Shown: positions 46,879-57,624, numbered from the stretch's first letter. The stretch is 64,000 bases of DNA from an uncultured Ruminococcus sp. (GCA_964392175.1 CAYMOJ010000006.1:2080-66079), one strand, 5' to 3'. Notes: generated from the sequence alone by a model not told the origin. Program-made: numbers and translations.

Positions 46879-46904
46879 TATCAATACGAAAGGATGCAGA
46901 TATC

Positions 46905-48149
46905 ATGAGCGAAATCAGAGATGCATTGCTTTGGGAAAGCGGCGAACGGAAAATCAACTGGGTAAAGAACAATATGCCCCTGCTACGTGGCATTGAAGCC
47001 GAATTTGCACAAACCAAGCCCTTTGCAGGGTTGCGTATTGCACTTTCCATACATCTGGAGGCAAAGACTGCATATCTTTGTCGTGTCATGGCGGCAGGCG
47101 GTGCAGAGATGTACATCACAGGCTCTAATCCCCTATCCACACAGGATGATATCGCTGCGGCTTTGGTACATGGCGGATTGAATGTATTTGCATGGCATGG
47201 TGCAACTGAAGAAGAATATCTAGCACACACCCGCCGTGTCATTGAGATTGCTCCGCATTTTATTATTGATGACGGCGGGGATCTCGTTTCGTTAATTCAC
47301 AGTGCTTACCCCCATTTGCTTTCCAATGTCATTGGTGGATGTGAAGAAACCACAACGGGTATTTTGCGCTTGAAAGCCATGGCAAAAGAGGGCAAACTTC
47401 AATTCCCGATGATGCTGGTCAACGATGCCGACTGCAAGCATCTGTTTGATAACCGCTATGGCACGGGGCAATCTGTTTGGGATGGCATTAACCGCACGAC
47501 CAATCTCATTGTGGCAGGCAAAAATGTGGTTGTAGCAGGATATGGCTGGTGTGGCAAGGGTACGGCAATGCGCGCGAAAGGTCTGGGAGCAAATGTCATC
47601 GTGACGGAAATTGACCCTGTTAAGGCGATCGAAGCAATCATGGACGGCTTCGATGTGATGCCTATGGAGGAAGCTGCAAAAATCGGCGATTTCTTTGTCA
47701 CCGTAACAGGCTGTGACAAGGTGATTACCGAAAACAGCTTTGTAAACATGAAGGACGGAGCAATTCTCTGCAATGCAGGTCATTTCGATGTGGAAGTAGA
47801 TATGGCTTGCCTGCGAAGGATCGCGGTTCATTCGTTTATGGCACGAAACAACATTGTAGGGTACACCCTTGCAAATGGCAATACATTGTATGTGATCGCA
47901 GAAGGCAGACTGGTAAATTTGGCTGCCGGTGATGGGCATCCTGCCGAAATTATGGACATGAGCTTTGCGATTCAGGCATTGAGCGCAGAGTATCTCATTA
48001 AAAATCATGAAACGATCGCGGATACTTTAATCACAGTGCCTCGTTCAGTAGATCAGACAGTCGCACGTCGCAAGCTCGCCTCTATGGGGGTTGCCATTGA
48101 TACGCTCACCGAAGAGCAGGCTGCATATCTTGCAGGCTGGGAGGGCTAA
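46905..48149 (+). CDS. ahcY: Adenosylhomocysteinase
   Basis: 414 aa. LSIHLEAKTA, TGSNPLSTQDD, ETTTG and GYGWCGKG (NAD) motifs. Confidence 0.9.
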   Translation: MSEIRDALLWESGERKINWVKNNMPLLRGIEAEFAQTKPFAGLRIALSIHLEAKTAYLCRVMAAGGAEMYITGSNPLSTQDDIAAALVHGGLNVFAWHGATEEEYLAHTRRVIEIAPHFIIDDGGDLVSLIHSAYPHLLSNVIGGCEETTTGILRLKAMAKEGKLQFPMMLVNDADCKHLFDNRYGTGQSVWDGINRTTNLIVAGKNVVVAGYGWCGKGTAMRAKGLGANVIVTEIDPVKAIEAIMDGFDVMPMEEAAKIGDFFVTVTGCDKVITENSFVNMKDGAILCNAGHFDVEVDMACLRRIAVHSFMARNNIVGYTLANGNTLYVIAEGRLVNLAAGDGHPAEIMDMSFAIQALSAEYLIKNHETIADTLITVPRSVDQTVARRKLASMGVAIDTLTEEQAAYLAGWEG

Positions 48150-48230
48150 ATCCTGCGCATCAGGATAAGACCAACTACACCGAAAAACCACCATGCAGAC
48201 CTTCTATAATGTTGCTCAAGAAAGGACGAC

Positions 48231-48743
48231 ATGATGTTTGCCATCTTTGAAACCAGACGCAAGAATCAGCCTTTGCGCGCATTGCGGGCTTGGATACAGC
48301 AGAACATCGGCACAAAAGGAAAGCGATTTATTTTCTTGCAAACAGAGCAACGGTTCTGTTTTCGCGTCAAAGATCTGCTGCGCACACTCAATGAAATGTG
48401 TGAGCAGTTTGAACAGCTACAGCAACAGCGCAAAAAATTGGAAAAATCTCAACGTAGCGATCCGCTTTTTGATCGCATGGAATCGGTATTTCTCATCTGC
48501 TGCACACAGCTTGTACAAACCCTTGATATGTGCATATGGGAGCGTGTCAAAGAGGCAGAGTATCCCCCTCGAAATATGCTGCAAGCTCTGATCGCGCGGA
48601 ACAAGGCGGTGCTGCACAATTATGGAGATTACCTTTTTGCACTGACACAGGCAACTTTTCGCGATACATTACAAGACCGTGAAACCATCGCCCGTACCGT
48701 ACAGGCCATGTCCGAGGTGATGCAACAACACGGCAATCTATAA
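48231..48743 (+). CDS. Hypothetical protein
   Basis: 170 aa, helical-looking, no motif recognised. Sits between ahcY and mtaD. Confidence 0.4.
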   Translation: MMFAIFETRRKNQPLRALRAWIQQNIGTKGKRFIFLQTEQRFCFRVKDLLRTLNEMCEQFEQLQQQRKKLEKSQRSDPLFDRMESVFLICCTQLVQTLDMCIWERVKEAEYPPRNMLQALIARNKAVLHNYGDYLFALTQATFRDTLQDRETIARTVQAMSEVMQQHGNL

Positions 48744-48761
48744 ACCGAAAGGAACTTCGAA

Positions 48762-50036
48762 ATGATGCTACGATTCTACAATGCCGAACTGCTCACTATG
48801 GAACATGACCTCATTCTTCGCAAGGGCGAATTGTGGACAGATGGTGACCACATTTCCTATGTGGGCGATACTCCCGCAGTGCTGCCGACTTTTGATCGTG
48901 AGATCGACCTGCATGGGAAACTTTTGATGCCCTCATTCAAGAACGCACACGCACACTCTGCCATGACTTTTTTGCGTTCCTTCGCCGAGGATGTACCCTT
49001 GCAGCAATGGCTCTTTGAAAAAGTGTTTCCTTATGAAGATCGCTTGACATCCGACGATGTCTATATCTTTACAAAGCTCGCCATCGCAGAATATCTTTCT
49101 TCCGGCTTTACTGCCGCCTTTGATATGTATTTTGAGCCACAAGCCATCGCACAGGCAAGCATTGCATGTGGCTTTCGTACCGTTCTTTGCAGCGGTATCA
49201 GCGGAGATGCAAAAGAGATTCATCGCCTACAACAGTTGTACGAACAATTTCACAACTATCATCCGCTGGTGCAGTATCGTCTGGGATTCCATTCGGAATA
49301 CACCACGACCCCTGCATTACGCAAGGAGATCGCAAAACTTGCACAGGCAGAAAAACAACCGGTGTACACACATATCAGCGAAACAAAAAAAGAACATGAC
49401 GAATGCATCGCGCGCAACGGCTGTACCCCTGCACAGCATTTTGCAGAGCTCGGTCTGTGGGAATACGGCGGCGGTGGATTCCATGGAGTATGGCTGGACG
49501 CGAAAGACCGTCAGATTTTTTCTGAAAAAAATCTATATCTCGTCAGTTGCCCTGCGTCGAATGCCAAGCTTGCGAGTGGCATTGCGCCGCTGAAGGATTG
49601 TCTTTCTCAAGGGGTGCGTCTGGCACTCGGTACCGATGGTGCTGCCAGCAACAATGCAGTTGACCCCTTCCGTGAGATGTATCTCGCAACGACATTGCAG
49701 CGGCTACGCTATCATGATGCTGCTGCTGTGCCTGCCACCGAAATTCTCAGGGCGGCAACAGTCGGCTCTGCCGAAGCAATGGGGCTCCACAACTGCGATG
49801 TTTTGGCAATCGGCAAGCAGGCAGATTTCATTGTGGTGGACACAGCAATGCCCAATTTGCGTCCCATTCATGATGTCGTACGCAATCTGGTATACAGCGG
49901 CGGCAAGCAGAATATCGCGATGACCGTTTGCGCAGGACAAATTCTGTACGAAAACGGCAATTACTGCATGGGTATGGATCTGGAAAAGCTGTATGCTGAG
50001 GCACAACAATGCGCTGAGCGTTTGACCAAGGATTAA
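48762..50036 (+). CDS. mtaD: 5-methylthioadenosine/S-adenosylhomocysteine deaminase-like amidohydrolase
   Basis: FKNAHAHSAM (HxH metal site), HISE, GTDGAASNN amidohydrolase motifs; 424 aa. Confidence 0.78.
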   Translation: MMLRFYNAELLTMEHDLILRKGELWTDGDHISYVGDTPAVLPTFDREIDLHGKLLMPSFKNAHAHSAMTFLRSFAEDVPLQQWLFEKVFPYEDRLTSDDVYIFTKLAIAEYLSSGFTAAFDMYFEPQAIAQASIACGFRTVLCSGISGDAKEIHRLQQLYEQFHNYHPLVQYRLGFHSEYTTTPALRKEIAKLAQAEKQPVYTHISETKKEHDECIARNGCTPAQHFAELGLWEYGGGGFHGVWLDAKDRQIFSEKNLYLVSCPASNAKLASGIAPLKDCLSQGVRLALGTDGAASNNAVDPFREMYLATTLQRLRYHDAAAVPATEILRAATVGSAEAMGLHNCDVLAIGKQADFIVVDTAMPNLRPIHDVVRNLVYSGGKQNIAMTVCAGQILYENGNYCMGMDLEKLYAEAQQCAERLTKD

Positions 50037-50042
50037 GGCAGC

Positions 50043-50522
50043 ATGGAGAATCAGGTCATTCTATTGTGCGGAAAAATCGCAAGTGGTAAAAGTTACTATG
50101 CTGCCACATTGCAGGCATCGCAACAAGCTGTGCTGCTTTCTTCTGATGCACTAATGCTGACAATGTTTGAGAATCAAGAAGGCGAATATCATGATTTACT
50201 GGTTGCCCGCGCAAAGCGGTATCTGTTGGGGCTTGCAGAAGAAATTCTGCGTGGTGGTTGCGACGTGATCTTGGACTGGGGCTTTTGGACAAAGCAAAGC
50301 CGTGCCGAAATACGACAATATTTCGCAAAAAAGCAGGTTCCCACAACATTGCATTATTTGGATATACCAAACGAGATTTGGCAGCAACGCATTGCAAAGC
50401 GCAATGCTGCGGTGCAGCGCGGTGAAGTGCAGGCATATTATGTGGATGAAGGTTTACTGCAAAAGCTTTTAGAACGCTTTGAACCGCCCGATGACGATGA
50501 AGTAGATATGTATGTTCGATAA
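50043..50522 (+). CDS. P-loop ATPase/kinase (AAA_33-like)
   Basis: Walker A LCGKIASGKS; about 160 aa small-kinase architecture. Confidence 0.6.
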   Translation: MENQVILLCGKIASGKSYYAATLQASQQAVLLSSDALMLTMFENQEGEYHDLLVARAKRYLLGLAEEILRGGCDVILDWGFWTKQSRAEIRQYFAKKQVPTTLHYLDIPNEIWQQRIAKRNAAVQRGEVQAYYVDEGLLQKLLERFEPPDDDEVDMYVR

Positions 50523-50558
50523 AGCATACTCCCCCCTCTTGGCTATATATAACAAAAT

Positions 50559-50592
50559 GCCCGATCCTTTGAAAGAGTCGGGCTTATTTTTT
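50559..50592. terminator. Bidirectional terminator (ATPase gene / hisF)
   Basis: Stem GCCCGA / TCGGGC with a 13-nt loop, followed by TTATTTTTT on plus and preceded by AAAAT on plus. Confidence 0.55.
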
Positions 50593-50633
50593 AAATTTTG
50601 TGATGTGATGCACAAGCAATGCCACAATACGGC

Positions 50634-51389
50634 TTATCGCACAACAATACCCTTGCGACGACAATCTGCCTTTACCTGTGCAACAGTCAACTCACCAAAG
50701 TGGAACAGCGATGCAGCAAGGGCTGCGGTTGCACCCGTCTGCTGAAAGGCTGTGGCAAAATCAGAACATTTTCCCGCACCACCGCTGGCAATCACAGGAA
50801 TGGTAACATTGGCACAGACAGCCTGTAGCATCTCAAGATCAAATCCACCGCGCACGCCATCCGTATCAATGGAATTGAGACAAATTTCACCTGCACCCCG
50901 CGCTTGAATCTCCTTGACCCATTCGATCAGGTCGATGTGCATATCCATTCTGCCGCCATTAATAAATACAGTATAGCCGCCTTCTCCATTGCGTTTGGCA
51001 TCAATGCCAACCACAATACACTGAGACCCAAATTGCTCTGCCCCCTGGGAGATCAATGCAGGATTTTTAACCGCCGAAGAATTAATACTAACCTTATCTG
51101 CACCTGCACGGAGTGTATCACGCATATCAGCAACTGATGCGATACCACCGCCAACGGTCAGGGGAATAAACACCTGCTTCGCGGTTTCACGTACCACATC
51201 GAGAAAAACACCTCTACCCTCGTAGGAGGCGACAATATCGTAAAACACCAACTCATCCGCGCCTTGACGGTTATAGTCCGCTGCACAGGCAACGGGATCA
51301 CCCACATCTTTGATGCCCTCAAAATTGACACCCTTTACCACTTTGCCATGGCGCACATCCAAGCAAGGAATGATTCTCTTTGCTAGCAT
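50634..51389 (-). CDS. hisF: Imidazole glycerol phosphate synthase, cyclase subunit
   Basis: [20 protein letters not shown] start; 251 aa. Confidence 0.95.
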   Translation of the reverse strand: MLAKRIIPCLDVRHGKVVKGVNFEGIKDVGDPVACAADYNRQGADELVFYDIVASYEGRGVFLDVVRETAKQVFIPLTVGGGIASVADMRDTLRAGADKVSINSSAVKNPALISQGAEQFGSQCIVVGIDAKRNGEGGYTVFINGGRMDMHIDLIEWVKEIQARGAGEICLNSIDTDGVRGGFDLEMLQAVCANVTIPVIASGGAGKCSDFATAFQQTGATAALAASLFHFGELTVAQVKADCRRKGIVVR

Positions 51390-52132
51390 CAGAATGCACC
51401 TCCCATATCCCCATGCGCCGTTCGCAGCGCATCATGCAGGGAAAGCGTACCCTGATAGATGGATTTCCCGCAGATGGTACCATACAGCTTCAATTGCTTA
51501 CAGGCAATGATATCCTCCATGGTATGCACACCTCCGCTGGCAATGAGGTGACATTGCCCTGCGGTTTCCCTGGCGAGCATGGCAAGCTGCTGTGTATTCA
51601 CACCGGTGAGGGTACCATCCTTCGCAATATCAGTAACGATGAAATAACGCACCCCTACGGCAATCATTTCCTTGGCAAGATCGATATCACGCACATTGGA
51701 GGTTTCCAACCACCCCTCAGTAGCGACCATACCATTTTTGGCATCAATACCCACAGCGATTGCTTCGCTGCCGAATTCTGCTACAGCATCTTTCACAAGT
51801 TGCGGATCTTTCAGCGCGGCTGAACCTAAGATCACACGCGAAATTCCCATATCCAGATAAGCTGCAATGGTTTCCATATTGCGGATGCCACCACCTAGTT
51901 CCACTTTCAACGAGGTATTCTTCGCCACTGCGGTATAAATCGCACTGTTAACGGGCTTGCCCTCTTTGGCGCCATCCAAATCGACCATATGAATCCACTT
52001 CGCACCGGCTGCCTCAAAGGATTTTGCAGTGGTCAACGGATCCTCCGCAACCTGCTGTGCGGTAGCATAATCGCCCTGTGTCAGACGCACACACTGTCCC
52101 TTATGAATATCAATGGCAGGTAAAATCAACAT
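51389..52132 (-). CDS. hisA: ProFAR isomerase
   Basis: [20 protein letters not shown] start. 1-nt overlap with hisF. Confidence 0.9.
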   Translation of the reverse strand: MLILPAIDIHKGQCVRLTQGDYATAQQVAEDPLTTAKSFEAAGAKWIHMVDLDGAKEGKPVNSAIYTAVAKNTSLKVELGGGIRNMETIAAYLDMGISRVILGSAALKDPQLVKDAVAEFGSEAIAVGIDAKNGMVATEGWLETSNVRDIDLAKEMIAVGVRYFIVTDIAKDGTLTGVNTQQLAMLARETAGQCHLIASGGVHTMEDIIACKQLKLYGTICGKSIYQGTLSLHDALRTAHGDMGGAF

Positions 52133-52737
52133 GACAGCATTCCTCCGAAATTCCGCAACATCTGCAAGCCCTGCTCCCCCGATTTTTCAGGATGGAACTG
52201 TGCACCAAACACATAACCGCCATCGGTAATGAGCGCAGGGATCTTACCATCGTACTCAGCATATGCCACGATGTTTGCATCATCGCAAAACGCCTGATAA
52301 GAGTGTACAAAATAGGTGTAAAGAGGCTGCTCCAACCCTTTCAGCAATGGGCAATCCGCCTGCAAAACAGCCAGTTCGTTCCATCCCATATGGGGAACAA
52401 TCACCCTCTTAGAAGGAATCCGATGCACACTGCCCTTGATCAAACCCAGACCTTTACAGGGTGCGACCTCATCGCTTTCTTCCAGCAACATCTGCATACC
52501 AAGGCAGATGCCAAGCAACGGTTTTTTCTTAGCCTCTTCACGGATGACTGCTACCAGACCACTTTCATTCAGCATTTGCATACCGGCAGGAAATGCACCC
52601 ACCCCAGGCAGAATCAAGCCATCGGCAGCACGCAGATCTGTAGGACTTTTTGTCAGCTGATGAGGCAAACCTAAATACTCCAGCGCATTACAAACCGAAA
52701 ACAGATTGCCTGCACCGTAATCGATCACAGCAATCAT
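52126..52737 (-). CDS. hisH: Imidazole glycerol phosphate synthase, glutaminase subunit
   Basis: MIAVIDYGAGNLFSV, LPGVGAF, GICLGMQ and FHPEKS motifs. Confidence 0.92.
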   Translation of the reverse strand: MIAVIDYGAGNLFSVCNALEYLGLPHQLTKSPTDLRAADGLILPGVGAFPAGMQMLNESGLVAVIREEAKKKPLLGICLGMQMLLEESDEVAPCKGLGLIKGSVHRIPSKRVIVPHMGWNELAVLQADCPLLKGLEQPLYTYFVHSYQAFCDDANIVAYAEYDGKIPALITDGGYVFGAQFHPEKSGEQGLQMLRNFGGMLSC

Positions 52738-53318
52738 GCTAACACTCCTTTGGTAGAAAGTACTGTGCCGTCCTCATTGGGGCGAATTGCCTTTTTGAGT
52801 GCATGGGCAAACGCCTTATACAGTGCCTCACACTTGTGATGATCGTTGTTGCCGTACATCATATTCAAGTGCAGAGTGATCCCTGCATTGAACGCCAACG
52901 CACGAAAAAATTCTTCAGTCAAGCAGGCATCATAGCTGCCAATCATAGGATTGGTAAAACTGCCCTGGAACACCAGAAACGGTCGGTTGGAAAGATCAAG
53001 GCTACAAAAGGACAAAGCCTCATCCATGGGAATAAACGCACTGCCATAGCGCGCAATGCCCGCCTTATTCCCCAGAGCCTGTGCCAAAGCCTGCCCCAGC
53101 ACGATGCCTGTATCTTCAACAGTATGATGCGCGTCCACTTCCAGATCACCCATCGCACGGATCTGCATACTAATACCACTATGCTTAGAAAGTGCGGTCA
53201 GCATATGATCAAAAAAACCGATTCCCGTGGTAATATCACTGTTTCCTTTTCCATCCATGGCAACAGATACGGTAATCTGTGTTTCTTTGGTATTACGTGT
53301 TACTGTGGCTTTTTGCAT
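52734..53318 (-). CDS. hisB: Imidazoleglycerol-phosphate dehydratase
   Basis: RNTKETQI, GIGFFDHML and HHTVED motifs; 194 aa. Confidence 0.92.
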   Translation of the reverse strand: MQKATVTRNTKETQITVSVAMDGKGNSDITTGIGFFDHMLTALSKHSGISMQIRAMGDLEVDAHHTVEDTGIVLGQALAQALGNKAGIARYGSAFIPMDEALSFCSLDLSNRPFLVFQGSFTNPMIGSYDACLTEEFFRALAFNAGITLHLNMMYGNNDHHKCEALYKAFAHALKKAIRPNEDGTVLSTKGVLA

Positions 53319-53337
53319 CGCAATGCGCCTCCTTTAT

Positions 53338-54393
53338 TCAGCCGATTGGCTGTAGAATTTGCTCCAAAGCACTCAGCAGCAGTGTCTGCTCGCGACGATT
53401 ACCTGCACAAATGCGCAGACCATCGGCAAAGCAACGTACCGCAATGCCCTCCTTCGCAAGAGATTCAAAAATCTCACGAGCGTAAGCTGTTTTGATATAG
53501 ATAAAATTGGTGCGAGTGGGATAGACACACTCCAGAATATTCGGGTAACGCTTCACAAGCTCTGCTGCAGCTGCATAGAGGCGTTGTGTTTGCATAATCA
53601 TCTCATTGCGGCACTGCTCCAAAAGAACCTTTTCACGCAACACGGTTGCTGCAATGACCTGACTGACCGCATCACAATTATAAGGGGATTTTGCGGCACG
53701 CAGCAATCCGGTCAGGTAGGGATTTGCCACGGCAAAGCCCATACGCACAGCCGCCAAACCAATTGCCTTGGAACAGGTACGCAGTACGATCAGGTTTTCA
53801 TATTCTGTTACCAGATCCATCACCGACTCATCCCAAAAATCCATATAAGCTTCGTCGACGATTACCAAACAGGAAACCGATTGCAGCAGACGAATAACTT
53901 CATTGCGAGGCAGACCCAGTGATGTAGGATTGCATGGATTAGAGAAAATCACAGCGTCGGCGTCCCTGCAGGCTGCAATCAGCGCATCCACATTGATTTG
54001 CAATTGCGTCGTTTTCGGAACGACCACTGTTTCTACCTCAGACAATGCTGCATAGAAGCGGTACATGGAAAAATCATGAGAAACCGTAACCAGTTTGCTA
54101 CCCTTTGCCAAAAAGCAATTGATCAGTATGCTGATCAATTCATCTGAACCGTTCGCCGCCGTGACATCATTGACATCTGTGCCGTAATAGGTTGAAAAAG
54201 CCTGAATGGTTTCCATGGCAAGAGGATCCGGATAACGGTTAAAATCCAATTCCTCAATGCGCTCAGCGATCTTCGCTTTCAGCACCAAAGGCAAATCAAA
54301 ATAGGATTCGTTAGCATCCAAGCGCACAGCATAGTTGCCTGTAATGGGATCATAAGCTTGCAGTGCGGTTATTTTTTTGGGTAAGTTGGACAT
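53338..54393 (-). CDS. hisC: Histidinol-phosphate aminotransferase
   Basis: 351 aa class-II aminotransferase. RLDANES..., NPCNPT, TCSKA (PLP Lys). Sits inside the his operon. Confidence 0.85.
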   Translation of the reverse strand: MSNLPKKITALQAYDPITGNYAVRLDANESYFDLPLVLKAKIAERIEELDFNRYPDPLAMETIQAFSTYYGTDVNDVTAANGSDELISILINCFLAKGSKLVTVSHDFSMYRFYAALSEVETVVVPKTTQLQINVDALIAACRDADAVIFSNPCNPTSLGLPRNEVIRLLQSVSCLVIVDEAYMDFWDESVMDLVTEYENLIVLRTCSKAIGLAAVRMGFAVANPYLTGLLRAAKSPYNCDAVSQVIAATVLREKVLLEQCRNEMIMQTQRLYAAAAELVKRYPNILECVYPTRTNFIYIKTAYAREIFESLAKEGIAVRCFADGLRICAGNRREQTLLLSALEQILQPIG

Positions 54394-54408
54394 AGCATCT
54401 CCCTCAGA

Positions 54409-55692
54409 TTATTCAAAACGGACTGCCACTGCATTGGCATGAGCAGTCAGACCCTCTCGATTGGCAATGCAGAGGATGTCGTCTTTCGCATTGCGTAGTG
54501 CGTCCTCAGTATAATAAATATAGCTCGAACGTTTAACAAAACTATAAACCGAAAGTGGCGAAAAGAATCTTGCTGTACCGGAAGTGGGCAAAACATGGTT
54601 GGGCCCTGCGTAATAGTCGCCCAACGGCTCTGAGGCATACTGCCCCAAGAACACGGAACCTGCGTTATCCAACTTGCCGACGTACTCCAAAGGGTTCTCC
54701 ATCAGCACCTCCAAATGCTCAGGAGCAATTTCATTGGCAAGCATCACTGCCTGCGCGTTGCTCTCACAAATAAGAATTGCGCCATAATCAGCAAGCGATT
54801 TCCGGATTATTTCTGCGCGGGAAAGCTTTTGCAGCTGTCGTTCGATTTCTGCACAGGTTTCGTTCGCAATACGCTCACTGGTGGTCACCAAAATTGCCGA
54901 AGCCAACACATCATGCTCTGCCTGCGACATCAGATCCGCTGCAACATATTTCGGCACGGCAGTATCATCTGCCATGACCAGTATCTCGCTAGGGCCTGCT
55001 ACCATATCAATATCCACCACGCCATACAGCAAACGCTTTGCGGTTGCCACAAAGATATTGCCCGGGCCTACGATCTTATCCACACGAGGAATGGTATCCG
55101 TGCCATAAGCAAGTGCTGCAACTGCCTGCGCACCGCCCATGAGGAATACTCTATCCACGCCACAAAGCGATGCAGCCACCAAGATATCAGGGTTGGGCTT
55201 GCCATCCTTTCCGGGCGGCGTCACCATGATCAACTCCCCCACCCCTGCAATCTTCGCAGGAATCGCGTTCATCAGCACGCTGGAAGGATACGCTGCCGTA
55301 CCACCGGGTACATACAACCCCACACGAGCAAGCCCACGCAGACGCTGCCCCAAAATCACGCCATCATCGCGTGTATTGACAAACCCTTGCTCCTTCTGGC
55401 GATTGTGGAAATCTGCGATATTTTCAATCGCATTGAGCAATGCCTCCACAAACTGCGGGTCAGCATTTTCCAATGCCTCTGCAATGGTGTCGGCATCCAC
55501 CTCAAACTGTTCAGGGCACTTGCCATCAAACTGCTCGGTATAGGCACGCACAGCTACATCACCGTTGACGCGCACATTCTCCAAAATTTCCTCAACAGTA
55601 CGAACCACCTTGGGGTCAGGCGCAGTACTGCGACTGCGCAGAGTATTTAAAAAGCGAATTTCCTCTTCACCATTACAACGAATGATTTGCAT
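54409..55692 (-). CDS. hisD: Histidinol dehydrogenase
   Basis: 427 aa. YVPGGTAAYPSSVLM, SQAEHD and GDYYAGPNHVLPT motifs. Confidence 0.95.
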   Translation of the reverse strand: MQIIRCNGEEEIRFLNTLRSRSTAPDPKVVRTVEEILENVRVNGDVAVRAYTEQFDGKCPEQFEVDADTIAEALENADPQFVEALLNAIENIADFHNRQKEQGFVNTRDDGVILGQRLRGLARVGLYVPGGTAAYPSSVLMNAIPAKIAGVGELIMVTPPGKDGKPNPDILVAASLCGVDRVFLMGGAQAVAALAYGTDTIPRVDKIVGPGNIFVATAKRLLYGVVDIDMVAGPSEILVMADDTAVPKYVAADLMSQAEHDVLASAILVTTSERIANETCAEIERQLQKLSRAEIIRKSLADYGAILICESNAQAVMLANEIAPEHLEVLMENPLEYVGKLDNAGSVFLGQYASEPLGDYYAGPNHVLPTSGTARFFSPLSVYSFVKRSSYIYYTEDALRNAKDDILCIANREGLTAHANAVAVRFE

Positions 55693-55698
55693 GATCCA

Positions 55699-56343
55699 TT
55701 ACTCCTTATTCTCCGAAAAAAATCGTACAATCTGATCGGTCAGAGCTTCAATTTCTTGCTGACGAAGCTTCATACTGACGGTATTCGCAATCAATCTTGC
55801 GGAGATGGGTGCCACATCTTCATACACCTCAAGTCCGTTTTCTCTCAGTGTCGTGCCGGTCTCCACAATATCCACAATGCCATCGGACAGCTCTAACAGC
55901 GGTGCCAATTCCACCGAGCCTTCAATTTTCACGATATCCACATCCATGCCTTTGGCTTCAAAAAAACTCCGTGACACATTCGGATACTTGGTAGCGATGG
56001 TTTTCACAGAATAGCCACTGTAAAAGTCGCTACCTTTTTTGACCGCAAGCGCAAATTTGCATCTGCCAAAACCGAGATCAAGCAGCTCATAGAATTTGCC
56101 CTGCATTTCCATAATGGTATCCTTGCCCACAACACCCAGATCGCACACGCCATGTTCCACGTAGGTAATCACATCGTTTGCCTTTGCAAGCACTACTTCC
56201 ATATTGCCGTTGGGAATCGGCAATATCAAGCGACGTCCCTTATTGCGTACGATGCTGCAATCGTAGTCCAAGGCTTCCAGCAAGCCGATGGTATCTTTTT
56301 CCAATCTGCCCTTGGTCAGGGCAATGCGTAAAGGACGACTCAT
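55699..56343 (-). CDS. hisG: ATP phosphoribosyltransferase (short form)
   Basis: 214 aa. LRIALTKGRL start and DIVETGTTLREN motif. Confidence 0.9.
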   Translation of the reverse strand: MSRPLRIALTKGRLEKDTIGLLEALDYDCSIVRNKGRRLILPIPNGNMEVVLAKANDVITYVEHGVCDLGVVGKDTIMEMQGKFYELLDLGFGRCKFALAVKKGSDFYSGYSVKTIATKYPNVSRSFFEAKGMDVDIVKIEGSVELAPLLELSDGIVDIVETGTTLRENGLEVYEDVAPISARLIANTVSMKLRQQEIEALTDQIVRFFSENKE

Positions 56344-57539
56344 GCGGTGACCTCCGTTTCTGCTTCGGTAATCGGAAATACATTGCGAATGCCCTGCCGT
56401 TTTGCATATCCCTGTGCTTCGGCAAGGGTTTCAAACAAAGCGTGTTCTGTGACAAGCCCCTTGGCGCGCAGCGTTTCGGCAGCTTTGATAGCATCCGCCT
56501 CCAGACCCTTTGCCGCCCAGATCAGCACATCAGCGGCAGGTCTTGCAGCCGGATCAGTTGCAAGGTGCTTAGAAAGCACTTTAACAACCGCATCTACATT
56601 GACTGCAAAGCCCGTTGCGGGAACATCATAGCCAAACTCTGCAATCAGCTTATCATATCTACCGCCGGAAAGAATCTCATCCCCATAGCCGGAAAGATAG
56701 CCGCGCAGCATCATTCCGGTATAATAATCAGTGCGATGCACCATGCTAAGATCAACAGTCACGCGTTCTTTGCCTGCAATACAGGTAACAGTTTCCCACA
56801 GACTTTTCAGCGTATCCAGCACATGAATAAAGGCAGGATCCGGGCAGAGAGCGGCGGCCTTTGCAAAAACCTCCTCCCCGCCAAACAAACGGGGCAGCTG
56901 ACGCAAAGCCTCGGTCACATACGATGCGGGCAGGGTATCCAGCACATCGTTGAGGGCAGGAAAATTGTTGTCCTCCACATAATCACGAATGGCTTCCTTA
57001 ATCTGCGGTGATGCCTCCAGACGATTGGTCAGCTCCCCGAAAAATGCGGCATTGCCCAGCTCAAGACGGTACTCCGTATCGCAGAACGCCAGCACATCCA
57101 CGGCAGCGGCAATAACTTCTAGGTCAGCCATACGGGAATCAGAGCCGATCAATTCAATACCCGATTGCGTTACCTCATCATCTCTGCCTTTTAACGTAGG
57201 CGAAGATACATGGATACTCTGGTTATAGTAAAGACGCAGCGGCAGTGCTGCATCGCGCAGACGGGTGGCACACACACGGGCAATGGGAACGGTATTATCG
57301 GGGCGCAGTACCAATAGACGCCCCTTGCAATCGGTCAGCTTATACATTTTTTCCTGAGGAAACGGTCTTGCATCGCGATTGAACACATCATAAAACTCCA
57401 GCGTAGGGGTAATAATTTCACTGTATCCTCTGGCAGCAAACAAATTGCGCAGCTTTTCTTCCACTTGACGACGCAGGGTACATTCCGCAAAAAGCGCGTC
57501 TCTGGTGCCCTCTGGGGTAATACAATCAAAACGATTCAT
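56340..57539 (-). CDS. hisZ: ATP phosphoribosyltransferase regulatory subunit
   Basis: 399 aa HisRS paralog (PEGTRD start). 4-nt overlap with hisG. Confidence 0.85.
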   Translation of the reverse strand: MNRFDCITPEGTRDALFAECTLRRQVEEKLRNLFAARGYSEIITPTLEFYDVFNRDARPFPQEKMYKLTDCKGRLLVLRPDNTVPIARVCATRLRDAALPLRLYYNQSIHVSSPTLKGRDDEVTQSGIELIGSDSRMADLEVIAAAVDVLAFCDTEYRLELGNAAFFGELTNRLEASPQIKEAIRDYVEDNNFPALNDVLDTLPASYVTEALRQLPRLFGGEEVFAKAAALCPDPAFIHVLDTLKSLWETVTCIAGKERVTVDLSMVHRTDYYTGMMLRGYLSGYGDEILSGGRYDKLIAEFGYDVPATGFAVNVDAVVKVLSKHLATDPAARPAADVLIWAAKGLEADAIKAAETLRAKGLVTEHALFETLAEAQGYAKRQGIRNVFPITEAETEVTA

Positions 57540-57595
57540 AATTACATCCTTTCGGAAAATTTCACTTTAGCGTGCTACTACATTATCATGCTACT

Positions 57596-57624
57596 ATGTT
57601 ACCATGTTATCACGAAAAAGTCAA
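57596..57624 (-). promoter_or_regulatory. Possible his operon promoter
   Basis: On the minus strand: TTGACT (57624-57619), 17 nt, TAACAT (57601-57596). The intergenic space is only ~85 nt. Confidence 0.3.

Noticed and set aside
50535-50560. TATATATAAC stretch near a plus-to-minus strand switch, considered as a dif (XerCD) site
   Set aside because: Only the AT-rich centre resembles the Firmicute dif consensus. Neither flanking arm matches.
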